IMG/VR virus record: IMGVR_UViG_3300031857_000107
DNA: 64,000 bases
Reading direction: 5' to 3' (one strand)
From: an uncultured virus (IMG/VR IMGVR_UViG_3300031857_000107)
Lineage: Duplodnaviria > Heunggongvirae > Uroviricota > Caudoviricetes
Shown: one piece after another, positions 57,217 through 64,000 of the stretch
Position numbering within the stretch: the first letter of the stretch is position 1
Layout of the letters: each line of letters opens with the position of its first letter
Program-made: the position numbers and the translations under genes
The notes under the pieces: model-generated
Databases searched by the model: none
What the model saw: the letters and a program-made list of their open reading frames with translations, nothing else
What the model was told of the DNA's origin: nothing

Positions 57217-57855
57217 ATGATTAACGATAAAAATGATAATAAAGTTCAGTTGATTGGCTTCTATGGCGATGACAAAGTTCATGCTTGTTCAGCTTGGACT
57301 TCTACAAGTAGAGATTTAAATGAAGACAAGATTAATAGAATTCCTAAGCTCCTTAAGATGCTCGCTGATGCGGGGCATCACACTCCATTTGAAAAATCCT
57401 CTCTTCACTTTTTAGTTGATACTGATATTGCTAGTCACATTCATATTATAAAACACCGAGTTGGAACATCTGTAAATGGTGAGTCTGCTCGCTACAAAGA
57501 AATTAAAGAAGACAAGTATTTAATTCCTAGTGATTGGCCTGAAGATTGGCAGCTTGCATTAGCTAATTATACAGAAGAAGGTAATAGACTTTATCATCAG
57601 TGTATTAAGAGTCTATGCGATAGAGGTTTTGATAGAAAGCGAGTAAAAGAATCTGCTCGTTTCTTTAAGAATTATAATTCTCAAATTCAAGCTGATGTAA
57701 TGTTTAACTGGCGATCTTTCAATCATTTTCTAAGCTTGCGTAATAAGCCTGATGCTCAGAAAGAGATTAGAGAAATTGCCGCCGAGATGTTACGCCTAGT
57801 AAAGAATATTGAAGGTAATCCTTTTGAACATACAATCGCCGCATTTGAACTATGA
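57217..57855 (+). CDS. thyX: flavin-dependent thymidylate synthase
   Basis: GH.TPFE, KHR…ESARY, KESAR, NWRS..HFL.LR…AQ.EIR. Confidence 0.92.
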   Translation: MINDKNDNKVQLIGFYGDDKVHACSAWTSTSRDLNEDKINRIPKLLKMLADAGHHTPFEKSSLHFLVDTDIASHIHIIKHRVGTSVNGESARYKEIKEDKYLIPSDWPEDWQLALANYTEEGNRLYHQCIKSLCDRGFDRKRVKESARFFKNYNSQIQADVMFNWRSFNHFLSLRNKPDAQKEIREIAAEMLRLVKNIEGNPFEHTIAAFEL

Positions 57856-58193
57856 TCACTGATTATAATTTATGGCTTGATGACTTTCGTTATCCAAACG
57901 ATGTTACATGGGTGGCTATTCCAAAAGATCAACATTATTCTGTTGTACGAAACTACAAGGAATTTGTAGATTTAATCAGTCTTAGGGGAGTTCCCAAGTT
58001 CGTATGCTATGATCACGATTTAGCGGATTGTGATGATATAAAAGAAATGACTGGCTATGATTGCGCTAAATGGTTGGTAGGTTATTGTTTTGCGAAGAAA
58101 ATTAAACATCCTCCATATATTGTGCATAGTTTAAATCCTATCGGTAAAAAGAATATTGAATCTTATATAGAAAGTTACAATAAAACATTATGA
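57852..58193 (+). CDS. cyclic-phosphate-processing receiver-like domain protein
   Basis: LWLDD.R, YDHDL, TGYD, VHS.NP.G. Confidence 0.75.
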   Translation: MITDYNLWLDDFRYPNDVTWVAIPKDQHYSVVRNYKEFVDLISLRGVPKFVCYDHDLADCDDIKEMTGYDCAKWLVGYCFAKKIKHPPYIVHSLNPIGKKNIESYIESYNKTL

Positions 58194-58546
58194 AGGATAA
58201 ATTACATATCGTCCCTAAAGGCTGGGGATTTGAAAAATGGATTGTAAATAATGACAAATATTGCGGCAAACTTCTTTATATTATTAAAGATCGCAAATGC
58301 AGTTGGCATTATCATAAAATTAAAGATGAAACTTTTTACGTTCAAAGAGGAAAGATAATTCTTTATTTTAGTGATATTCCTAAAGATCCAGAAAAAGCTA
58401 ATAAGATTATTCTTGGACCGGGAGATCATTATCACATTCCAGTGGGATTGATCCATCAAATGTATGCGTTGGAAGATACCGAACTGTTTGAGTTTAGTAC
58501 GCAACATTTTGATGAAGATAGTATTAGATTACAAAAAGGAGATTAA
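58190..58546 (+). CDS. cupin (mannose-6-phosphate isomerase-like)
   Basis: KGWG.E, YCGK, SWHYH..KDETF, H, EFST. Confidence 0.8.
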   Translation: MKDKLHIVPKGWGFEKWIVNNDKYCGKLLYIIKDRKCSWHYHKIKDETFYVQRGKIILYFSDIPKDPEKANKIILGPGDHYHIPVGLIHQMYALEDTELFEFSTQHFDEDSIRLQKGD

Positions 58547-58548
58547 TT

Positions 58549-59217
58549 ATGTCATATCAATTAGAATTTAATTTCGAAACGCCAGAACAAAAAGAAAAAC
58601 GCCTTAAAGATTGGCATGATCAAGAAGCCGAGATAGATAAGATGTTTGCAGAAGATGGTAATTATTATACATATAATAAATATGTAGATAAATTTATTGA
58701 TCTTTTACCTTATCGATTGGGATGGGGTTTCAAAAATAATTGGTATGAATTGCGTTGGTGGGCAAAATGTAAGTATCAGAAATTTCGCTATGGAGTTTCT
58801 GACGATGATGTTTTTTCTTTAGAAACTAATATTGCTAAGTTTGTTGTTCCTCGTTTGCAATATCTTAAGAAGGTAGGCAAGATGGGAATTCCAATGAAAT
58901 TTTTGCCTAATAACTATACTTCTTTGTCAGAAGAAGATCAACAAAAAGCAGAAAAAATCGCCGAAAAAGAAATTGATCGCATCATGGATGAAATTATTTT
59001 TGCTTTTGATTACATCATTGATCCTGATAAGTACGCACCTTTCCCACAGTCATCAACTAAATGGGATCTTAAAGATAGAAACTACTTCAACAGAGAGAAA
59101 ACTATTGAAGAAAAACAAGCTTGGGACGAGTACATGAAAAAATGCGATGAATTGAATAATCGCAAGAAACAAGGTCTACTATTATTTGTGGAAAATATGG
59201 ATATTTTGTGGATCTAA
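58549..59217 (+). CDS. hypothetical phage protein
   Basis: ORF ending …GLLLF…LW. Confidence 0.6.
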   Translation: MSYQLEFNFETPEQKEKRLKDWHDQEAEIDKMFAEDGNYYTYNKYVDKFIDLLPYRLGWGFKNNWYELRWWAKCKYQKFRYGVSDDDVFSLETNIAKFVVPRLQYLKKVGKMGIPMKFLPNNYTSLSEEDQQKAEKIAEKEIDRIMDEIIFAFDYIIDPDKYAPFPQSSTKWDLKDRNYFNREKTIEEKQAWDEYMKKCDELNNRKKQGLLLFVENMDILWI

Positions 59218-59556
59218 ATGAAATTATTTTTAGCAATTTTGTTGCTTAGTTTGGTATATGTAGTTGGTTGGTATCAGATTCATGGACAATTCTTATCTGA
59301 ATGGTTCAAGAAATATGAATACTATCTGATATTTATTAGCGTACCATCGACACTAATATCAATTCGCGCCATCAAATTAATTAATGAACATTTCAATGGT
59401 TTGATTTGGCCCAACAGAATATTAACTTTTACAATAGGTATAATATTATTTACGTTTTTAACTTCTTTTCATTTTGGTGAAAAATTAAGTTTAAAAACGT
59501 TGACATTATTGTGTCTGTGCGGTATTATAGTTACACTTCAAGTGATTTGGAAATGA
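59218..59556 (+). CDS. 4-TM membrane protein (DMT/SMR-like)
   Basis: four hydrophobic segments, FGE.L. Confidence 0.55.
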   Translation: MKLFLAILLLSLVYVVGWYQIHGQFLSEWFKKYEYYLIFISVPSTLISIRAIKLINEHFNGLIWPNRILTFTIGIILFTFLTSFHFGEKLSLKTLTLLCLCGIIVTLQVIWK

Positions 59557-59747
59557 AATTTACACCTCAACAAATCGAACTTTTAATCAAGACTCGCGAT
59601 GAAATTAGAGATCTAACCGAAAAACAACATAAGCTATACGATAATCTTGTTAAAGAATTGAACGTAACAGTTTATGCCGAAGATTGGTTGTTTGATTATA
59701 TTTATAACGAGTGCGGTAGCATTGAAGATTTAGAAGAGAGAATGTAA
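59553..59747 (+). CDS. hypothetical protein
   Basis: start moved to ATGA overlap. Confidence 0.55.
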   Translation: MKFTPQQIELLIKTRDEIRDLTEKQHKLYDNLVKELNVTVYAEDWLFDYIYNECGSIEDLEERM

Positions 59748-60106
59748 TGGACTTAACTTCAGCAATTATAGGACATCTTATTGCAGATTATCTTCTGCAA
59801 TTCGATTTCATTGCTGAGAATAAGAAAAAGAAGAGTTTAATTTGCGCCCTACATTGTTTTATATGGGCGACATTGGTTTGTGTAATGGGTGATATATGGA
59901 ACATTAAAGCATTTAGTGTTCTGTTTATAACACATTATATACAAGACAGATGGCAACTAATTCCTTGGTATATGAAAAAAATTGGGCAAACAAATTTCAC
60001 CAAACCTCCGTTTGCTCCTTGGTCATTAATTGTTGTTGACAATGTTTGGCACATATTTACTATCTGGATAATCTATAAGTTATGCATCAACCAAATTTTT
60101 ATTTAA
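59747..60106 (+). CDS. DUF3307-like membrane protein
   Basis: GHLIADY.LQ, H, TH..QD, DN..H. Confidence 0.75.
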   Translation: MDLTSAIIGHLIADYLLQFDFIAENKKKKSLICALHCFIWATLVCVMGDIWNIKAFSVLFITHYIQDRWQLIPWYMKKIGQTNFTKPPFAPWSLIVVDNVWHIFTIWIIYKLCINQIFI

Positions 60107-60264
60107 CTTTAAATCTTCCAAAAGGTTTTAGTCGTGAAGACGCTGAAAAAATTCAAAAAGATCTCCTTGACTTTCTGGAATCTAAGCGTCATTATGGTGC
60201 TAAATATGACGGCAAAGCAGGTATAACTGTCAACGTCATTACCGTATCTACAAATCATGATTGA
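60082..60264 (+). CDS. hypothetical protein
   Basis: ORF. Confidence 0.45.
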   Translation: MHQPNFYLTLNLPKGFSREDAEKIQKDLLDFLESKRHYGAKYDGKAGITVNVITVSTNHD

Positions 60265-60427
60265 AAAAGCTATAGAACGCCTTCGCGCATTCAACGATTG
60301 GCGCACGGGAAAAGATGAACGCACTATGACTGAAGCTGGAATTGTTCCAGCGCAAATAACTGCGGATATTAAAACTGTCTGCGATGAACTCGAAAAACTA
60401 ATTTCAATGTATGCAAGTCGTAATTAA
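60257..60427 (+). CDS. hypothetical protein (56 aa)
   Basis: Not in track; MIEKAIERLRAFNDWRTG…. Confidence 0.6.
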   Translation: MIEKAIERLRAFNDWRTGKDERTMTEAGIVPAQITADIKTVCDELEKLISMYASRN

Positions 60428-60707
60428 CGTTCAAGAATTTGGCAACTTTTCTATTAGCAAGAAAGCTATAGAATATATCAACAAAAAGATTAAAAATAAA
60501 GAAGATAAAAATTTTGTTGGATGTTATTCATTCGATAATGATAGAGCTAATCCTCTTTTAATTGATGCTGTTAAAAAATTAAAAAAAGAAGCTAATGGCA
60601 TCTATTCTGACTTAAAAATTGTAGAGATACCAGACGATGTTGAATGGCAAATTTTCGCTGTAAATGGTGAAGAAGTCATAAGAGAGAAACACAGATTTTG
60701 GAAATAA
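60411..60707 (+). CDS. conserved phage protein
   Basis: VVIN..G.FS.S, R..P.LI..V, LKIVEIPDDVEW…E.HR.W. Confidence 0.7.
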   Translation: MQVVINVQEFGNFSISKKAIEYINKKIKNKEDKNFVGCYSFDNDRANPLLIDAVKKLKKEANGIYSDLKIVEIPDDVEWQIFAVNGEEVIREKHRFWK

Positions 60708-61100
60708 TTGAAGCCGCGAATATTAAAGAGAGCAGTTGAAACTGCTCACGCTCTATGTCCTACTAATTGGAAGAATGTTAATAATTCTCATGTAGCTTTT
60801 CTTGTCAAAAAGAACAAGATAGTAAAAATTGGTTGGAATAGAAAAAGAACTCACCCTGAAATATCTAAACATCCGTATCACGATGGATACGTTGGCACTC
60901 ATGCCGAATTAGATGTGATTTTAAAATCAGGTCTTGAAGATCTCAACGATCATTCTATGATCGTACTTAGAGTTGATAGAAAAGGACGATTGGCAAACAG
61001 TAAACCGTGTCCCGGTTGTTTGAGTCTATTGAAGTCTTACAATGTCGAAGAAGTTTTTTATTCAGATACCGAGGGTAATATTGAAAAATTATCAAATTAA
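60708..61100 (+). CDS. zinc-dependent CDA-fold deaminase
   Basis: G.N, THAE, SKPCPGC; TTG start. Confidence 0.8.
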   Translation: MKPRILKRAVETAHALCPTNWKNVNNSHVAFLVKKNKIVKIGWNRKRTHPEISKHPYHDGYVGTHAELDVILKSGLEDLNDHSMIVLRVDRKGRLANSKPCPGCLSLLKSYNVEEVFYSDTEGNIEKLSN

Positions 61101-61102
61101 CC

Positions 61103-61130
61103 TTGACTATATCTGAGACTAGAATATCAT
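61103..61130 (+). promoter_or_regulatory. sigma70-type promoter, leaderless
   Basis: TTGACT-N16-TATCAT, ATG 7 nt later. Confidence 0.7.
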
Positions 61131-61137
61131 AACCGTA

Positions 61138-61380
61138 ATGAAGAAAGATTTATACATGAAGAATCCTAACGAGAAGATTGTTATTCAAAGTGATGATTTA
61201 AAGTACGATGGAAAGAATATTATTATTCCATCTTACTATGCAGGTATTATTTCTGAATATCTTGCTAACGTAGATTTAAAAAATGCAAATTTTAATGATG
61301 CCGATATGCATGATTATTTAGCATTTTGTAGTTTCTTTGAAGCGATCATGGATTATAAGGCCGATAAAGGAGGTAACTAA
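61138..61380 (+). CDS. hypothetical protein
   Basis: ORF. Confidence 0.55.
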   Translation: MKKDLYMKNPNEKIVIQSDDLKYDGKNIIIPSYYAGIISEYLANVDLKNANFNDADMHDYLAFCSFFEAIMDYKADKGGN

Positions 61381-61381
61381 G

Positions 61382-61972
61382 ATGGGAATGTATGACAGTA
61401 TAGAATGTAAATGTTTTTTGCCAATGCCAGATGAACCAAAAGGTTATACTGGCTCGCACGGCTTTCAAACTAAAGATTTTGATTGCGCGTTAGATATTTA
61501 TATCATCGACGAGAACGGTCAATTATTTATTGAACGCCGCGAAACAGAATGGGTGGAAGGAGATCCAAATGCCAAAGGCTTTTTAGATAAAGTGGGGCAT
61601 ATAAAAACTAAAAAGACATGGCTTGAATCTGTAAATAAAACTTGCACAGTACAATTTTATGATTTTTTTAGTTCAAATAATACTGATTATGATTATTGGA
61701 TTGTATATGATGCTGTATTTATTGACGGTAAAATGAAAGATATTAAACTAACTACTTTTGAAGCTACGCCAAATAGCGAACGCAAAAAAAAGGATATAGA
61801 GTTTTATAAAAAAATGCAAGAATGGGACCAGTTTAAAAAAACTCGCCGTTATAAATATTTATTTAATCCATATAATAAGGTTCTTAAATTTATTTGTGAT
61901 AAAATATACAAGGCTTTGTGCTTTTTATCTAGTAGAATCTGGCGAGTACACAACTTTTTAATGATCAAGTGA
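61382..61972 (+). CDS. conserved phage protein
   Basis: MGMYD, FQTKD.DC; start moved to ATG 61382. Confidence 0.65.
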   Translation: MGMYDSIECKCFLPMPDEPKGYTGSHGFQTKDFDCALDIYIIDENGQLFIERRETEWVEGDPNAKGFLDKVGHIKTKKTWLESVNKTCTVQFYDFFSSNNTDYDYWIVYDAVFIDGKMKDIKLTTFEATPNSERKKKDIEFYKKMQEWDQFKKTRRYKYLFNPYNKVLKFICDKIYKALCFLSSRIWRVHNFLMIK

Positions 61973-62214
61973 AAGAAGAAAAAGACTCTGAGTTTCTTAT
62001 CTGTGATTGTTACAGTCATGGGCTTCTCGTTGAGAAGTTTGATGATGAAGAATTGTGCTTGAGTTTATTTGAGAGGGGATTGAATGGCAGAACGCTATGT
62101 TGGTCAGAAAGATTAAGATGGTGTTGGCAGATACTAAGATATGGAAAACCTTGGTCTGACTTTGTAATACTAAATAGAGAGAATCAGAAAAAGTTAAAAG
62201 AATTTTTAAAATGA
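61969..62214 (+). CDS. hypothetical protein
   Basis: C.C..H, W.ERL…W..L..G. Confidence 0.55.
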   Translation: MKEEKDSEFLICDCYSHGLLVEKFDDEELCLSLFERGLNGRTLCWSERLRWCWQILRYGKPWSDFVILNRENQKKLKEFLK

Positions 62215-62582
62215 ATTACTTTGTTTCTTCTTTTTTAGAAATTAAAAATACTTCGCGAGGTCTTGGAGTCTTTACTAAGATAGATATATGCGCTGAAGTA
62301 ATTGTAGAACATTCTCCATTTAGTAGTTGTTGGTCTGCAAAATGGGAAGACACTCCTGAAAATTTAAGAAAAGTTGTATTTTCTCATCCGCAAAATTCTG
62401 ATAATTATGTAATTGGATTAGGTTATACAGCTATTTATAATCATAATGATAATAACAATGCTATTTGGCTAACTTCTGATGATGGTATTTATATAAAAAC
62501 ATTAAAAAATATAAATGCTGGAGAAGAAATTTTCATTCATTATGGAGACGCTTATTGGTCAGGAGGCTGGCCTAAATATTAA
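62211..62582 (+). CDS. second SET-domain protein
   Basis: RGLGVF, IYNHND..NA, INAGEEIFIHYG..YW. Confidence 0.9.
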   Translation: MNYFVSSFLEIKNTSRGLGVFTKIDICAEVIVEHSPFSSCWSAKWEDTPENLRKVVFSHPQNSDNYVIGLGYTAIYNHNDNNNAIWLTSDDGIYIKTLKNINAGEEIFIHYGDAYWSGGWPKY

Positions 62583-62584
62583 TT

Positions 62585-62851
62585 ATGAAATTTAAGAATT
62601 TTGAGGGTATTCAATATACAGTTAATTATAACAAACCACACGCAAGATTTCATGCTTCTGGTTTGTGCGATTCTCCTGATACTGATAATCCTCAAATTCT
62701 AGTTGATCCAACATTATTAACTCGCCGTCAACTAAATGTGTTAATTGAAGAAGTGTTTCATGCACATCTTTTTGAATTACCTGAAAAGAAAGCTAGAAAG
62801 TTTGCCGCCAATTTAGGCAAACTTGTGTATAATAGATTTATAAAGAAATGA
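62585..62851 (+). CDS. minimal zincin-like protein (degenerate HExxH)
   Basis: GLCD…I.VD…LIEEVFHAH. Confidence 0.45.
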   Translation: MKFKNFEGIQYTVNYNKPHARFHASGLCDSPDTDNPQILVDPTLLTRRQLNVLIEEVFHAHLFELPEKKARKFAANLGKLVYNRFIKK

Positions 62852-63108
62852 ATCTTAAAGAATTACTAGGGGACGAAGAAAACTTCGATCCCCTTTTTAA
62901 ATTACAGTTTCGTAATCATAACATTATTTGTTTTAATAAAAAATTAATGACTTTAAAGCATCCCTTTGAGTGTAATTCTCAAGATGATTCCTGTCGTAAT
63001 CATGTAATTAAATTTTTAAACGATGAAGGCTATTTAGATCAATGCGAAGACAAAGTGATTATTTTTGATATGTATACAGATTTATACGATGAAAATAGTG
63101 AAGAATAA
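62848..63108 (+). CDS. hypothetical protein
   Basis: ORF. Confidence 0.5.
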   Translation: MNLKELLGDEENFDPLFKLQFRNHNIICFNKKLMTLKHPFECNSQDDSCRNHVIKFLNDEGYLDQCEDKVIIFDMYTDLYDENSEE

Positions 63109-63160
63109 TATTTTATTTTTTCACATTTCATCTTATGCTATGTACAATTAGAATATAAGT

Positions 63161-63325
63161 ATGAAAAAGTGTTTATACTGTAACGAATTTATCGATACTG
63201 AAAACGATGACTACCAAAAAGTTGGTAAGAAGTTAGTTTGTGTATTCTGCTATGAAGATTATGCAGATGAAATAGACAATAATTTTTCAGACGATGATGA
63301 AGATGATTGTCGCGAAGAAGAATAA
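63161..63325 (+). CDS. small zinc-finger protein with acidic tail (54 aa)
   Basis: Not in track; MKKCLYC…CVFC…DDDEDD. Confidence 0.6.
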   Translation: MKKCLYCNEFIDTENDDYQKVGKKLVCVFCYEDYADEIDNNFSDDDEDDCREEE

Positions 63326-63342
63326 ATAGTGTAATATATAAT

Positions 63343-63437
63343 AGCGCAAATATAAACTGTTCAAACTTTGATCTATTGATTAAAAAACAGTAAGACCCGA
63401 AGCGCATCAAGCTTGTGTTTGATATCGGGTCTTTTTT
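63343..63437 (+). ncRNA. candidate small structured RNA ending in a bulged terminator-like hairpin
   Basis: GTGTAA motif at 63329 with no ATG downstream; stems actgtt/aacagt and aagacccga/tcgggtctt with inner atcaagc/gtttgat; T run. Confidence 0.4.
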
Positions 63438-63480
63438 CGTCCCCATCCCTCACTTTTCTCAAAAAATCTTGCGAAGCCCC

Positions 63481-63508
63481 TTGACAGCACCTAAAAACCT
63501 GATAAAGT
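63481..63508 (+). promoter_or_regulatory. sigma70-type promoter
   Basis: TTGACA-N16-TAAAGT, ATG 8 nt later. Confidence 0.7.
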
Positions 63509-63516
63509 GGTCGCGT

Positions 63517-63768
63517 ATGGAAAATCCATCACCCAAGATTGGTCGTGGTCGTCCCAAGGGAGCGACCTCCACTGTTGAAATCACGTTGGGCGAGCTTCTC
63601 GCGAAGCTCAACAACGATGCGAACGCCACTGTTGTTGTTGGTCGCGTTTGGTACAATAAGTATCAGAACGTGCCTGTAGCTTCAGCGCAAGATGGCGATT
63701 CACTTCCTCAAGAGATTCAGAATCAGCTTGACGAAGAGTCTGTTGCAGAGTTCACTATCACCCAGTAA
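63517..63768 (+). CDS. AT-hook-containing small protein
   Basis: GRGRPKG near N-terminus; start moved to ATG 63517. Confidence 0.65.
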   Translation: MENPSPKIGRGRPKGATSTVEITLGELLAKLNNDANATVVVGRVWYNKYQNVPVASAQDGDSLPQEIQNQLDEESVAEFTITQ

Positions 63769-64000
63769 TGAACTACTTCGCTGAACTTGTTGGGCAAGAA
63801 GAAGTTAAACGCAAGCTTTCATTTTATTTGGAAGCTCATGCTAAGACCGAACTTGTACCGTTTTTGAACTTCGTTGGCGCAAAAGGTTTAGGCAAGACTG
63901 CATTTGTTCGCGAATTTGCCAAGAACATTTATAACACCACCGGAGTCAATAAGCCACTACTTGAGCTAAATAGCTCTAGTATTAAATCGGGGAATCAGTT
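63768..64000 (+). CDS. RuvB-like AAA+ ATPase, 5' part (runs off window)
   Basis: Not in track; MNYFAELVGQEEVKRKL…GAKGLGKT. Confidence 0.75.
   Translation, partial: MNYFAELVGQEEVKRKLSFYLEAHAKTELVPFLNFVGAKGLGKTAFVREFAKNIYNTTGVNKPLLELNSSSIKSGNQ

Noticed and set aside
63346..63393. tmRNA-like tag frame (ANINCSNFDLLIKKQ*) in the candidate ncRNA
   Set aside because: No tRNA-like acceptor or T arm, and no Ala-Ala-type C-terminus
978..63656. Most short minus-strand and alternate-frame ORFs in the track (e.g. 978, 4795, 11267, 17991, 32528, 48928, 52181, 63189, 63459)
   Set aside because: They are shadows of well-supported + strand genes and have no motifs or expression signals
1..64000. Eukaryotic giant virus origin (SET, ankyrin, DUF5824-like and glycan genes)
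   Set aside because: DnaE, DnaB, DnaG, RecA, rII genes, sigma70 promoters, intrinsic terminators and operon-style overlaps indicate a bacteriophage

Overview
This is an AT-rich, densely coding window, almost entirely on the + strand, from a large dsDNA bacteriophage. It is not cellular and not an NCLDV: it has bacterial-type DnaE, DnaB, primase and RecA, rIIA/rIIB-like genes, sigma70-type promoters, CCA-encoding tRNAs and no ribosomal genes. The layout runs as follows. 1-10.8 kb is a nucleotide-sugar/glycosylation island (gmd, fcl, GDP-mannose 3,5-epimerase, ugd, FkbM methyltransferases). A class II RNR and a block of probable head/internal proteins follow. 15.5-27.7 kb is the replication block (RecA, DnaB, primase, a DnaE split into three genes, ClpC-like ATPase). 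Next come a tubulin/FtsZ-family GTPase, a Whirly-like SSB, two glycosyltransferase-like genes, dUTPase and two tRNAs. 37.6-42.6 kb is a membrane cassette with an ankyrin-repeat class III nucleotide cyclase and a beta-barrel. The remainder is many small accessory genes plus a third tRNA. Host-like genes point to a diderm host, probably Verrucomicrobia/PVC (inference). The best candidates for something new are: the sensor/channel/ankyrin-cyclase cassette among holin-like genes; a recurring GTGTA[A/T] motif just upstream of start codons, one copy of which precedes an ORF-less structured RNA; hairpins overlapping promoters and start codons; tRNA-Ser with the rare anticodon ACT; and a possible lysine-modification set (two SET proteins, a GNAT, histone-like and AT-hook proteins). 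All family calls come from motifs recognised by eye, and no searches were run.
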